From the NCBI RefSeq assembly GCF_000008385.1, contig NC_006833.1, positions 240,001 to 272,000 of the forward strand: a stretch of DNA of 32,000 nt. Direction: 5' to 3'. Below are positions 1-9,591 of this stretch, in pieces (position 1 is the stretch's first letter; every line of letters begins with the position of its first letter). The DNA comes from Wolbachia endosymbiont strain TRS of Brugia malayi. Its GTDB lineage: Bacteria; Pseudomonadota; Alphaproteobacteria; Rickettsiales; Anaplasmataceae. A program made the position numbers and the translations under genes. Below the pieces are notes generated by a model that saw nothing but the letters and a program-made list of their open reading frames with translations, made no database searches and was not told the DNA's origin.

Positions 1-499
1 AAAAACAACTAAGTCGCGATTACTAAGTATTTAAAACATAAAAAAACGCTAGTGTTTTTAAATAGATATTAACTAGGGCTTCTTTTGTCTTTTTCTTACT
101 TGGTGGATTTCTTAAATATTTGTAGCTGAAGCGATTCAAGAGCACGCGACTTAATGTCAAGCCTTTAGTTCAAGTTATGCAAGAGACCTATTTATAATGG
201 AGATTAAATTATGGAAGTACAGAGTTACAAACGACATAAATCCATAACAGGAGCAGAAGTTGCTGTAGGTATTAGCTCTTGGTTATATTAAATTTCATTG
301 AGAAAGATAGGCATCTTATAAAAGCTTACAACAAAAATTTCATATAGTTATTACTATAGATAGCTATCTTATAAATAAGTAAAAAAAGGTTATGAAAAAT
401 AATAGACTATTATAAAATCTTATGGTAAGGTATATATTTATTTATATAAGAGAGCAATATGAGCAACTCTAATGATAGCGATGATAAGAAGCATTCTGA

Positions 500-944
500 T
501 TCTTTAGGCTACAAAGTAGGATAAAGAGTGAAATATTGGAGCGAGGATATACTCAGAAGGATTTAGCAAAAAAGATCGGGGTAAAATACTGGAATAATAA
601 TTCAACATGAGAAAGGAAAGCGCAGAATACCAATTGAAAGGTTATATGACATAGCAGAGATGTTGTCAGTAAGTATTATGGATCTAATCCCTATACAAAG
701 AGGGCCAAAAAATTGGCTTAAAGACAAAGGAGAAGAAATATTAAATCTAGTAAGAAATTATAAAAAGATTAGTGATCAAAAATTACGTAAGATATTTTAT
801 TTGTTAATTAAATCTGCCCAGCTTAGTAAAAAAAGTAGTAGAAAAGTAGAGATAATAGAAATAGCCAAGAATCTGTTCAAAGCAGGAATTTCTATTAACA
901 TTATCTCCCAAATAACTGGCTTATCAACTGATAGAATTGCATGA
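500..944 (+). pseudogene. XRE/HTH-type transcriptional regulator relic, phage/Wolbachia type
   Basis: Upstream frames encode ILERGYTQKDLAKKIGVKYW, then across a stop/frameshift RRIPIERLYDIAEMLSVSIMDLIP, an HTH_XRE signature. ORF 660-944 (94 aa) is the residual C-terminal half with a second HTH-like end (AGISINIISQITGLSTDRIA). Confidence 0.6.
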
Positions 945-1050
945 CTTGAAGTGTTTAACTGTAAAGAAACAAAATTTAGTATGATCCAACCACGGAATAA
1001 ACTAGTGAATCTTTTGAAAAGTATATAAAATTCAAGTTTGAGTAAAGAAT

Positions 1051-1932
1051 ATGGCAGTTAGGCTCATTCCAGACAATCTCAATATTAAATTTAGTAAATA
1101 TAGAAAATTGACTGCATTAATTAGCATTATTCTTGTCATTTTTTCACTTTTTATTGTCGTGTTACGTGGAGTGAATTTAGGCATAGACTTCACAGGTGGA
1201 ATTTTGATGGAAATAAAATCTTCAAGCGAAGACCATGCTGTCCTTAATATATTGAAAGAAAATGGTTTTACGATACAGAGTTCAAAGGCTGGTAATAATT
1301 TAGTCATGTATTTTAGAGAGGAAGGAAATGAAGGTAAAATTAAGAAGATCAAAAGTGTACTGGAAGAAAAGCTGGGTAGCTCAATAAGCTACCGTAAAAT
1401 AGACTATATTGGCCCACGAATAAGTTCAACACAGATACTTGAAGGAATCTTGTCCATGTTTATTGCAATTGTTGGAATATTTTTTTATGTTTGGTTTAGA
1501 TTTAATTGGCAATGTGGATTTGGTGGAACAATAGCACTAATTCATGACGTGATTTTAACTGTTGGTTTTGTCAGCCTGACTGGTATTAAATTTAATATTT
1601 CATCGGTTGCAGCTCTCCTTACTGTGATTGGTTATTCAATCAATAATTCAGTAGTTATATACGATCGGATTCGAGAATATCAAAAGAGTGGTAAAAATAG
1701 GCAGATGAGTGATATAGTAGATGCAAGTATTAATGTTACATTGTTTCGCACTGTCTTAACCTCAGGTACAACCCTTCTTGCTACTATTCCTTTGACATTA
1801 ATTTGTACAGATACAGTCAGGGACTTTAGCTTGATCATCTTTTTTGGTATTTTAATTGGCACTTGTTCTGCAATATTTATCTCTGCTCCTATATTAACCT
1901 GTAAAGTCTTAATAAGTAGAATTGCAGTATAA
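1051..1932 (+). CDS. secF: Protein translocase subunit SecF
   Basis: 293-aa ORF with SecF features: [63 protein letters not shown]. Confidence 0.96.
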   Translation: MAVRLIPDNLNIKFSKYRKLTALISIILVIFSLFIVVLRGVNLGIDFTGGILMEIKSSSEDHAVLNILKENGFTIQSSKAGNNLVMYFREEGNEGKIKKIKSVLEEKLGSSISYRKIDYIGPRISSTQILEGILSMFIAIVGIFFYVWFRFNWQCGFGGTIALIHDVILTVGFVSLTGIKFNISSVAALLTVIGYSINNSVVIYDRIREYQKSGKNRQMSDIVDASINVTLFRTVLTSGTTLLATIPLTLICTDTVRDFSLIIFFGILIGTCSAIFISAPILTCKVLISRIAV

Positions 1933-2481
1933 TATCAGCTTATTACCTCTTATAGTAAAATGAAAATATTTTAAAAAACTCATTCCAAGCAGTGAATGAG
2001 GCATAGAATGGGTGTTAACGCTGGCTTGTACATCATTAATCAAAAAATTTCCTATTTTAATTTGAGGTATCTGAACCACTCCAGCTCTTATTTGACCTTT
2101 TGCAGTTTCATATATTTTAAAATCCTGAATATCTTGCAACTTAATACCAGCATATAATGCATCTTTTTGCGATAGAACAATATCGGTTGCACCGGTATCT
2201 AGCAAAAACGTTATGTTATGACCATTAACTTGAGCTTGAATATAAAAGTGTCCATCATATGATTTTGTAAATTCAACACTTCTGCTATCTTGAATTCTTC
2301 CTCTATATGGTAAAAAAGTGCTGAGAAATCTGTTTCTTAGTCTGTCCTTTTGTGAATCAATAAACATTGCAGTAATGACTATTATTAGTAGCCAAATAAC
2401 TAAATTTTTCACCGCGTTCATATCAGACCTTAAATAACCACTATTTGAACAAAAAGTTAATAATACATTTCCTGAAGTCAT
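1909..2481 (-). CDS. Retropepsin-like (clan AA) aspartic protease, membrane anchored
   Basis: 190-aa ORF with N-terminal TM ([15 protein letters not shown]), catalytic [13 protein letters not shown] motif and downstream [12 protein letters not shown]. Similar in type to the rickettsial retropepsin-like protease. Its 3' end overlaps the secF 3' end by 24 bp (convergent). Confidence 0.88.
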   Translation of the reverse strand: MTSGNVLLTFCSNSGYLRSDMNAVKNLVIWLLIIVITAMFIDSQKDRLRNRFLSTFLPYRGRIQDSRSVEFTKSYDGHFYIQAQVNGHNITFLLDTGATDIVLSQKDALYAGIKLQDIQDFKIYETAKGQIRAGVVQIPQIKIGNFLINDVQASVNTHSMPHSLLGMSFLKYFHFTIRGNKLILYCNSTY

Positions 2482-2693
2482 TTCAACTCATGACGTTGGA
2501 ATTTAAAAAAAAGAACATATATCCAATATCAAGCTAACTGGATGACAGAGAGCAGCCTACTGTTAAAATTTGAAACCATTAAAATAAATTTTAAAGATTA
2601 GCGTTAAAAGTTATTATTAAAAATAAGTAAATTTTATTGTTTTGGTACAATATTTAGTATACCCTTTAAGGGGATACATTCAGCTTAAGTTTT

Positions 2694-4412
2694 ATGTCAG
2701 AAGCAAGAAATCTAATTTTGGCAGCTATTCTTTCTATATTAATTATAGTATCTTGGCGCATTATTTACGATAACTTTCTCAATGCAGAACAAGATCACCC
2801 ATTAATTGAAAATATTGAACACATAGAATCTTTTAACGATCTTGCTCCTGTAATACACCAAAGCCGTTCCGAAATTATTAATTCTACTCGAGAACAAAGG
2901 ATTAATTTGACCAATAATATGGTTAAAGGGTCGATTTCTTTAAAAGGTGCAAGGTTTGATGACTTAATTTTAACTAATTACTGCTTAGAACCAGATCCTT
3001 CTTCCCCACAAGTAGTGTTGCTGTCACCTGCAGAATCAAAAGATGTATATTTTGCAGAATTTGGGTGGCTCGATCCAAATGGTAAAACCAAAGTTCCAGA
3101 TTCCAAGACATTCTGGCAAGCAGAAAAAACTGAACTAACTAACCAAAAGGCAGTCAATTTATTTTGGAACAATGAAAATGGTATTGTATTTAGGATGAAA
3201 GTTAGCCTTGATAATAACTACATGTTTAAAGTTGAGCAAATTGTTGAAAATAACACAAAGGATAATGTAGTTTTGGTTCCTTATGGTAAAATTAACCGTA
3301 AGCGTGATAATATTAACGAGTCTTATTGGATATCACATGAGGGGATACTAGGTGCATTTGATAACAAACTAGAGGAGTGGACATATAAAAATGTTGCCAA
3401 GAAACATTTAATAAAAGCAAGTACAAGTAAAAAAAACTGGTTTGGTTTTGCCGATAAATACTGGCTTACAGCTATCATACCTGAAAAATTTGATAAAACA
3501 AATGTAAGTATTAAGCATACGAATGCTAACAATGTTGATAAATTTCAAGTAGATTTTGTCAAACCTTACAAGAATATACTTCCTGGTACTAGTGCTTCTA
3601 ATGTAAATTACTTTTTTGCTGGAGCAAAAAAGTTGAATTTACTAGATTACTATAAAAGCACCCTCAACATACCTTTATTTGATAAAGCTGTAGATTTTGG
3701 TGTTCTTTATTTTATAACCAAACCAGTGTTTTTACTGCTTGAATATTTTAACTTCGTTTTAAAGAATTTTGGCTTAGCAATATTGTTGCTGACTTTAGTA
3801 ATTAAACTTTTGATGCTTCCTTTATCCAATAGATCATATGTTTCAATGTTCAAAATGAAAAGCTTGCAGCCCGAGGTAGCTCGTATAAAAGAGTTATATA
3901 AAAATGATAGCTTAAAGCAACATAAGGAAACAATTGCATTGTTTAAAAAAAACAATGTGAACCCAATGTCAAGCATTCTTCCTATACTAGTACAAATACC
4001 GGTATTTTTTGCTTTATACAAAGTATTATTTGTTACCATAGAAATGAGACATGCTCCTTTTTGTTTATGGATTAAGGATCTTTCAACCTCTGATCCAACG
4101 AATATTTTTACATTATTTGGGTTATTTAATTACAATTTCCCTATTTCTATAGGTATCTTGCCTATAATTTTAGGTATTACCATGATAATTCAGCAGAAGA
4201 TCGGTGAAAAAGGTCAGACTAACAAGGATGATATTCAAGCAAATGTTATGAAGTTTTTTCCTTACATTTCCATCTTCATTTTCTCTTCTTTTCCTGCAGG
4301 TTTGGTAATATATTGGATATTTAGTAATGTCATAACTTTAATTCAGCAATCATTAATAAAGTTGTTTTTAACAAGAAAGTTAGGAATAAATGTCGAAAAT
4401 ACTAATAGTTAA
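2694..4412 (+). CDS. yidC: Membrane protein insertase YidC
   Basis: 572 aa. N-terminal TM plus periplasmic domain, then [43 protein letters not shown] and [24 protein letters not shown]. Confidence 0.97.
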   Translation: MSEARNLILAAILSILIIVSWRIIYDNFLNAEQDHPLIENIEHIESFNDLAPVIHQSRSEIINSTREQRINLTNNMVKGSISLKGARFDDLILTNYCLEPDPSSPQVVLLSPAESKDVYFAEFGWLDPNGKTKVPDSKTFWQAEKTELTNQKAVNLFWNNENGIVFRMKVSLDNNYMFKVEQIVENNTKDNVVLVPYGKINRKRDNINESYWISHEGILGAFDNKLEEWTYKNVAKKHLIKASTSKKNWFGFADKYWLTAIIPEKFDKTNVSIKHTNANNVDKFQVDFVKPYKNILPGTSASNVNYFFAGAKKLNLLDYYKSTLNIPLFDKAVDFGVLYFITKPVFLLLEYFNFVLKNFGLAILLLTLVIKLLMLPLSNRSYVSMFKMKSLQPEVARIKELYKNDSLKQHKETIALFKKNNVNPMSSILPILVQIPVFFALYKVLFVTIEMRHAPFCLWIKDLSTSDPTNIFTLFGLFNYNFPISIGILPIILGITMIIQQKIGEKGQTNKDDIQANVMKFFPYISIFIFSSFPAGLVIYWIFSNVITLIQQSLIKLFLTRKLGINVENTNS

Positions 4413-4818
4413 TTCAATTTATTATACCGAAATAGCAAATCTTTTGCTTGAAGGTGCAACCGATAAATTAAAAGGCAGCAATGCTAGTTACAATGTAATT
4501 GAGGTTCCTGGTGCATTTGAAATACCAGCAGCAATTCTTTTTGCAGTCAAAAGCAAGCACTTTAATTACGATGGTTATTTGGCTCTTGGGTGTGTAATTC
4601 GTGGTGAGACGGATCATTATCAATACATTTGTAAAGGAGTAATCAAGGGCTTAAACGAAGTTGTTATGCATAACACAGTACCTCTTGGTATGGGTGTAAT
4701 CACTGCTGATAGCAAAGACAAAGCTCTAGTAAGGGCTGATAAAGATAAAAAGAACATCGGCGGCCGTACAGCCTCAGCTGTTTTGCATATGATAGATTTA
4801 TATAATAAATTAAGATAA
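4390..4818 (+). CDS. ribH: 6,7-dimethyl-8-ribityllumazine synthase
   Basis: 142 aa. [52 protein letters not shown]. Overlaps the yidC 3' end. Confidence 0.96.
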   Translation: MSKILIVNSIYYTEIANLLLEGATDKLKGSNASYNVIEVPGAFEIPAAILFAVKSKHFNYDGYLALGCVIRGETDHYQYICKGVIKGLNEVVMHNTVPLGMGVITADSKDKALVRADKDKKNIGGRTASAVLHMIDLYNKLR

Positions 4819-5300
4819 TGGAGGAAGAACCTGTAGAGAAAAAGTGGCGTATAAAAAGAAGTGCAGCAAGATTTCTTGCTGTGCAAGTTGCTTACTCAAA
4901 TATTTTTATGGGTTACGACAAAAGCACTTTTGAGTTGGAAAACTGTGGGCTTAGGAACTATGTAGGTAAGTTAGCAGATATTTTTGAATGCGAAGAATTT
5001 GATTATCAATTCTTAGAAAAACTGTTATATAAAGTTATAAGGAGCGGTGGAGAATATGATAAAATAATAGAGTATTATTTACATCCAAGCTGGTCTCTTT
5101 TGCGGTTAAACCTCGTAAGCTTATCTATTTTACGTGTTGCAGTATGTGAGTTAGCTAATTGTGATACACCAGCTCCAGTTGTTATTAATGAATATACTAA
5201 CATTGCATCTGATTTACTTGATAAACCAAGCGAAATTGGTTTCATCAATGGATTATTGGATAAAGCAAAAAGTGCAGTTAAGCTAAATAAAAATTCTTGA
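4818..5300 (+). CDS. nusB: Transcription antitermination protein NusB
   Basis: 160 aa. [49 protein letters not shown]. Start codon overlaps the ribH stop (TAATG). Confidence 0.93.
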   Translation: MEEEPVEKKWRIKRSAARFLAVQVAYSNIFMGYDKSTFELENCGLRNYVGKLADIFECEEFDYQFLEKLLYKVIRSGGEYDKIIEYYLHPSWSLLRLNLVSLSILRVAVCELANCDTPAPVVINEYTNIASDLLDKPSEIGFINGLLDKAKSAVKLNKNS

Positions 5301-5431
5301 CACGTGCCGATGCCTGGGTCACTAGTAACCAAAAGAGAAAAACTTGAGTGATAAAGAATAGTACAAAAGGTCTTCTGTATTCTTTAAGATCTATATAGAC
5401 TGACGCAGATTATTGAATTTTTATTTAATAA

Positions 5432-5695
5432 ATGGTAAAAGACGAAAAATCGAAAACACTTTTTGAAGTGGAAGGAGCGGTAACTGCTTTATTACCCGCA
5501 GCAGAATTTAGAGTGAAGTTGGATAACGAGCATGAGATCATTTGTCATGTATCAGGGAAAGTAAGAAGAAGTAAAATACGCATCATTATTGGAGATAGAG
5601 TGTTGGTAGAGATGAGCATTTATGATAGAAATGCAAAAAAGGGTAGGATAATCAGAAGGCTTAAAGGTACAAGTGATAGAACAATTTCTAAATAA
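5432..5695 (+). CDS. infA: Translation initiation factor IF-1
   Basis: 87 aa. FEVEGAVTALLPAAEFRVKLDNEHEIICHVSGKVRRSKIRIIIGDRVLVEMS, the IF-1 S1-fold signature. Confidence 0.95.
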   Translation: MVKDEKSKTLFEVEGAVTALLPAAEFRVKLDNEHEIICHVSGKVRRSKIRIIIGDRVLVEMSIYDRNAKKGRIIRRLKGTSDRTISK

Positions 5696-6269
5696 CCTTA
5701 TTCTTGCTTCATCGTCAGAAAGGCGTATAGCTTTACTAAAACAAATAAATATTGAGCCAGGTTTAATTTTACCAGCGGATATAGATGAAATTCCTTTAAG
5801 AAAGGAACTTCCAAAAGATTACTCAATCCGCATGGCAAAAAGCAAAGCTGAGAAAATACAAAGTTCAAATCCAGATTATTTTGTGCTCGGTATTGATACA
5901 GTCGTTGCTTGTGGCAGAAGGATCTTGCTCAAAGCTAAAAACATCGAGCAAGCAGAAAAATATATTCGCTTATTATCGGGACGAAGGCATAGAGTATACA
6001 CCAGTGTGTGTTTATTAACTCCCGATCGGTCCAAACAACATATTAGAACTGTAGTTACAATAGTGAAATTTAAACGCCTAAGTGAACGAGAAATTAAGTA
6101 CTATTTAGCATCAGAAGAGTGGAAAAATAGGGCAGGGGGGTGTAATATGCAAGGCTTGGCTGGAATGTTCGTATTATTTCTACGTGGCTCCTATTCTTCT
6201 ATTATAGGTTTACCACTACATGAAACCTATTGTTTGCTAAGTAATTACTTTAACCTCAATTTATATTGA
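5673..6269 (+). CDS. maf: Maf-family nucleotide pyrophosphatase
   Basis: 198 aa. LILASSSERRIALLKQINIEP, ADIDEIPLRKELPKDY, VLGIDTVVA, RHRVYTSVCL. Overlaps infA by 23 bp. Confidence 0.92.
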   Translation: MIEQFLNNLILASSSERRIALLKQINIEPGLILPADIDEIPLRKELPKDYSIRMAKSKAEKIQSSNPDYFVLGIDTVVACGRRILLKAKNIEQAEKYIRLLSGRRHRVYTSVCLLTPDRSKQHIRTVVTIVKFKRLSEREIKYYLASEEWKNRAGGCNMQGLAGMFVLFLRGSYSSIIGLPLHETYCLLSNYFNLNLY

Positions 6270-9002
6270 TATACCTTTACCTTTTTCTTGTTGTTGCTTA
6301 ACATGTTTAGTCCAAAGTAATTTTCTGTTTTTGTTGCCTAATGTGATTCTATTTCGATCATAATTATCAGTGTGTTTTGCTGAAGCACCTTCTACTACTT
6401 TTTCTATTACCCTAACTTTCAGTTGTGTCTTATCTTTTTCTAGCAATTTATATAGCTCGCTATTTTTATCTGTAGTCGGACTAGTGTGAGCATTTTTTCG
6501 TTCTATCGCTTTTCTTATATCTGTTGAACTGTCTTTCAGCAGTTCAGCTTCCATTAGGTATTCTTTAGTTTGTGGGCTAATGTAGCGTACTTTAGAGCTG
6601 ATTTTTTTTAACTCATAGTTCTTTTGACTTAATCTTTGCTCAAGCTCCTTAAACGAGGTTGAGCTGTTTACATTAGTTTTTTCTGGTGTACTAAGATTAG
6701 TCTCTTCTGATTGAGTGTGACTATTTTGTTCAGCATCCATATTTCCATCAGTACTAACTGAAGATAGAGGCTTGTTAATAGAGACACTTCCTTCAGCAAC
6801 TTGTTGCACTGTTTTTTCTGATTCCCTGTCTAGTTTTTTCAACACTTTTTCTAGCTTGCCTACCATTTGGTTGGATGGGTTAGTAAATTGAATACTTTTC
6901 GACTCTTTACCAGCTGGTTTACTTGGCACCATACAAGTTTCACTATTATGATCCTTACTATTTTTTCCGTACTCCAGCTGTTTTGTATTCCTCTTATCAG
7001 TGCTGGTTGATATAGGTCTGTCACCATCTTCAGAAAGTGCACTAGGTTGTATACCTTTTACGTCTAAATTACCTTTGCTATCGGATTGTGGTCTAGAATG
7101 TGACTGACCTTGTTGCTGGATTTCAGGTTGTTGTTGATTATCAAGTTTTTGCTCATTTCTATGCAAGTCATCTGGTCTTTTACTTCCAGGTAAAGTGTAT
7201 ACAAACATAGCAAATGTATGGTTGTCATATCGTTTATCTCTTTGCCTGTTGTCTTGTTTATCATCACATAACCAATCTGTATTTTCGTAAATATGCTCTA
7301 GGTTGTCATTACAATCACAATTTTCATACTTCTCTCCTCGTTTCGCATTTTTATCATCTGATTGAGGGTTTAAAAGCGTTAGATACTCATCTTTGTTACC
7401 GCTCCTATCATCTTCGGGATCAGAAAGCCCATCACCACGCTCACTCTCACTATATAAGAATTCAATTTCTGCTCTTCTCGCAAGAATTGAAGCTACACCA
7501 TCTTGCGATGTTTGCTTATCTCTCATATTGTCTGACTTCTTAGCATCTTCAGACTTAAATGTACCTTCAACTTTTTTTAATGTTACATCTTGTGTTGGTA
7601 GTGCAAACACAGCGCTTTTTACTTGCAGATCCTCCTCAGTAACTGTTTTTTTTCTTCCAGATGTAGTGTATCTAAACATAACGAACGTAAGATTGTCGTA
7701 TCGTTCATCCTTTTGCCTATTATCTTGGCTCTGGCTTATAGGCTTGAAAGAAATATTCTCGCCTTGTTCATCGGAAACATTTTTTTTGAGTGAGCTAGTT
7801 CTAAGTGGTGAAGGTGTAGGAACTTCAAAAAGCGATTGAAGGTTATAACCCTGATCCCCCGGATTTTCTTCTTCACGGCAATTTGCCATTATTACAAGAC
7901 CTCTTTGCCTGAATAATTTTTCTGCATTTTTGTTATCAATACTATTCCAGCCCAAATTAATCTGTGTAGTATTTTGTTCTTTTTTTAAAAGTTCTAATAG
8001 CTTGGGTACGTTCATGCTATTTAACTCATGTAAATCTAAAGTGTTACTTTGTATGTATTTGTTAAATTCCACTTTTTGCCCATTACTTTGATGGTCTAAA
8101 GATTTGGTCTTCCTCTGTTCAACACCTTTTTTAAGTGAACTGACTCTATGTGGTGGCAGTGGAGGATTTTCTTTAGTAGGTGCATGAGAATTTGTAGTAC
8201 TGGTCATTGCATTCTGAGATCCAATCTCTCGATTCATATCAGTAGTTTGAATGCTTCTACCAAAAATTTTTATTGCGGTTTCAAATGACATATTAATTTC
8301 ATTCTCTCTTGTTTTCCTGAATTCTATCTCATGTAAGAATAGACCACCTATTTTTACATCCCAATTCGCTTTTGACAGATCTTTTAACTGCTCTTCAGTA
8401 ATATTACCTCCAATAAGTTTTATGCTATTGGCGTTAATATTAATCCTGATAGTACACTTTTTTCCTTCCTTATCATACCAATTCAAAGTCATTTCATATG
8501 AACCATCGGTTACTACATAATGCCTTACTTTTCTCTTGTCTTTCCCTTCTCCTTCCTCAGCAACAAAACCGTGCATTCCGCTCTTCTCATCTCTGTGCAA
8601 CGTTGAAAATCCAGAGATTCCATTCTTTTGACAAAAATCACTGTTTAAAAATTCGCTAATTTTAAACTCTTTCTTATTGTCCTCCAGCTTAATACTTGCG
8701 TGGTTACCGTATATTGAAACTCCTTTAACAGCACCCTTAACATCATCATCAATAATATATCTACTCAACACTCTTTCTGCTTCTTTTTCAAGTTCCTGCT
8801 GGGCTCTTTCCATCTTGTTGAGCTCTTTTTGCAGAACTTCATATATTTCATCTTTGTTCCAACCAGTACCACGTTCTATTAAAGACTTTACTATATTAAA
8901 ACCAACCCTAGCATTATAAATAGGATCACCTTCCTTTTTTATTTTATCAAATAAAGGAAAAAATTCTTGTTGTATATTTTCAATGTTCATATTCTTCCTC
9001 AC
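6261..9002 (-). CDS. Large hypothetical protein, candidate secreted/effector protein with internal repeats
   Basis: Intact 913-aa ORF on the minus strand. Folded-looking N-terminal about 270 aa, then a polar, low-complexity region with duplicated motifs (DNRQKDERYDNLTFVMFRYTTSGRK / DNRQRDKRYDNHTFAMFVYTLPGSKR), a PPLPPHR motif and a charged C-terminus. No enzymatic family recognised. Confidence 0.8.
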   Translation of the reverse strand: MRKNMNIENIQQEFFPLFDKIKKEGDPIYNARVGFNIVKSLIERGTGWNKDEIYEVLQKELNKMERAQQELEKEAERVLSRYIIDDDVKGAVKGVSIYGNHASIKLEDNKKEFKISEFLNSDFCQKNGISGFSTLHRDEKSGMHGFVAEEGEGKDKRKVRHYVVTDGSYEMTLNWYDKEGKKCTIRININANSIKLIGGNITEEQLKDLSKANWDVKIGGLFLHEIEFRKTRENEINMSFETAIKIFGRSIQTTDMNREIGSQNAMTSTTNSHAPTKENPPLPPHRVSSLKKGVEQRKTKSLDHQSNGQKVEFNKYIQSNTLDLHELNSMNVPKLLELLKKEQNTTQINLGWNSIDNKNAEKLFRQRGLVIMANCREEENPGDQGYNLQSLFEVPTPSPLRTSSLKKNVSDEQGENISFKPISQSQDNRQKDERYDNLTFVMFRYTTSGRKKTVTEEDLQVKSAVFALPTQDVTLKKVEGTFKSEDAKKSDNMRDKQTSQDGVASILARRAEIEFLYSESERGDGLSDPEDDRSGNKDEYLTLLNPQSDDKNAKRGEKYENCDCNDNLEHIYENTDWLCDDKQDNRQRDKRYDNHTFAMFVYTLPGSKRPDDLHRNEQKLDNQQQPEIQQQGQSHSRPQSDSKGNLDVKGIQPSALSEDGDRPISTSTDKRNTKQLEYGKNSKDHNSETCMVPSKPAGKESKSIQFTNPSNQMVGKLEKVLKKLDRESEKTVQQVAEGSVSINKPLSSVSTDGNMDAEQNSHTQSEETNLSTPEKTNVNSSTSFKELEQRLSQKNYELKKISSKVRYISPQTKEYLMEAELLKDSSTDIRKAIERKNAHTSPTTDKNSELYKLLEKDKTQLKVRVIEKVVEGASAKHTDNYDRNRITLGNKNRKLLWTKHVKQQQEKGKGISI
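7179..7725 (-). repeat. Internal duplicated module inside the 913-aa ORF (copies 7179-7254 and 7650-7725)
   Basis: 76-bp segments roughly 78% identical by eye, offset exactly 471 bp (157 codons), in frame. Confidence 0.75.
8492..8703 (-). repeat. 212-bp inverted repeat arm, identical to 18466-18677
   Basis: Reverse complement of 8492-8703 read base by base against 18466-18677 with no mismatch. Divergence begins immediately outside both ends. Confidence 0.92.
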
Positions 9003-9591
9003 TAATAACCCTCTGCCTTTTAGTTTTAGCTAGTATAATTATTATGGAAATTAGTTTAATTTTTATTAAAAGAGGCTGTATTGCCGATGTGATAACATGA
9101 ACTATCTTAGAACCTGTACATGATCTCATAAATCCCACTAACAAGTAGCGGAATAACGGTTGTCGTTTAGCTATAAGTATTTAAGAAATTTAATAAATAA
9201 AAAAAAGGCAAAAAAAACCCCGTGGTGTTAGTTTTTACCATATAATAATTTAAATTGGCACTTGTAATAATTTGCTGACGCTTAGTTTAAGCACGATTTA
9301 GCTAAATGTAGAAAAACTTAAAAGACATGCAACCACAATAATTGATGTAATCGCCAAAAAATACCTTAAGTTTTTTACTGAATTTTATCATTGAACCTTC
9401 GCAGATCAAAAATAAGCTGTGAGTCGAAGATATCCTTACTGCTAAGATAATTAGGTTGTTGAAATTTATCAAGTAGTTTTTTGCATTTCTGTGAGCTGCT
9501 TGAATGACCGGTAGCCGTGCAGGAAGTCTATTGTTTTATGACTCAGCACAGAAAGCAACAAGAACGACAAACAATCTAAAAATATAGCAAT

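Noticed and set aside
3707-4039. 110-aa minus-strand ORF inside yidC (and others at 2978-3172, 3323-3532)
   Set aside because: Shadow ORFs antisense to strongly supported yidC. No recognisable domain.
5075-5332. 85-aa minus-strand ORF overlapping nusB
   Set aside because: Lies antisense to nusB. No independent evidence.
6860-7839. Several 60-148 aa plus-strand ORFs inside the 913-aa gene
   Set aside because: Antisense to an intact long ORF in an AT-rich genome. Compositions reflect the complementary strand, with no domain signatures.
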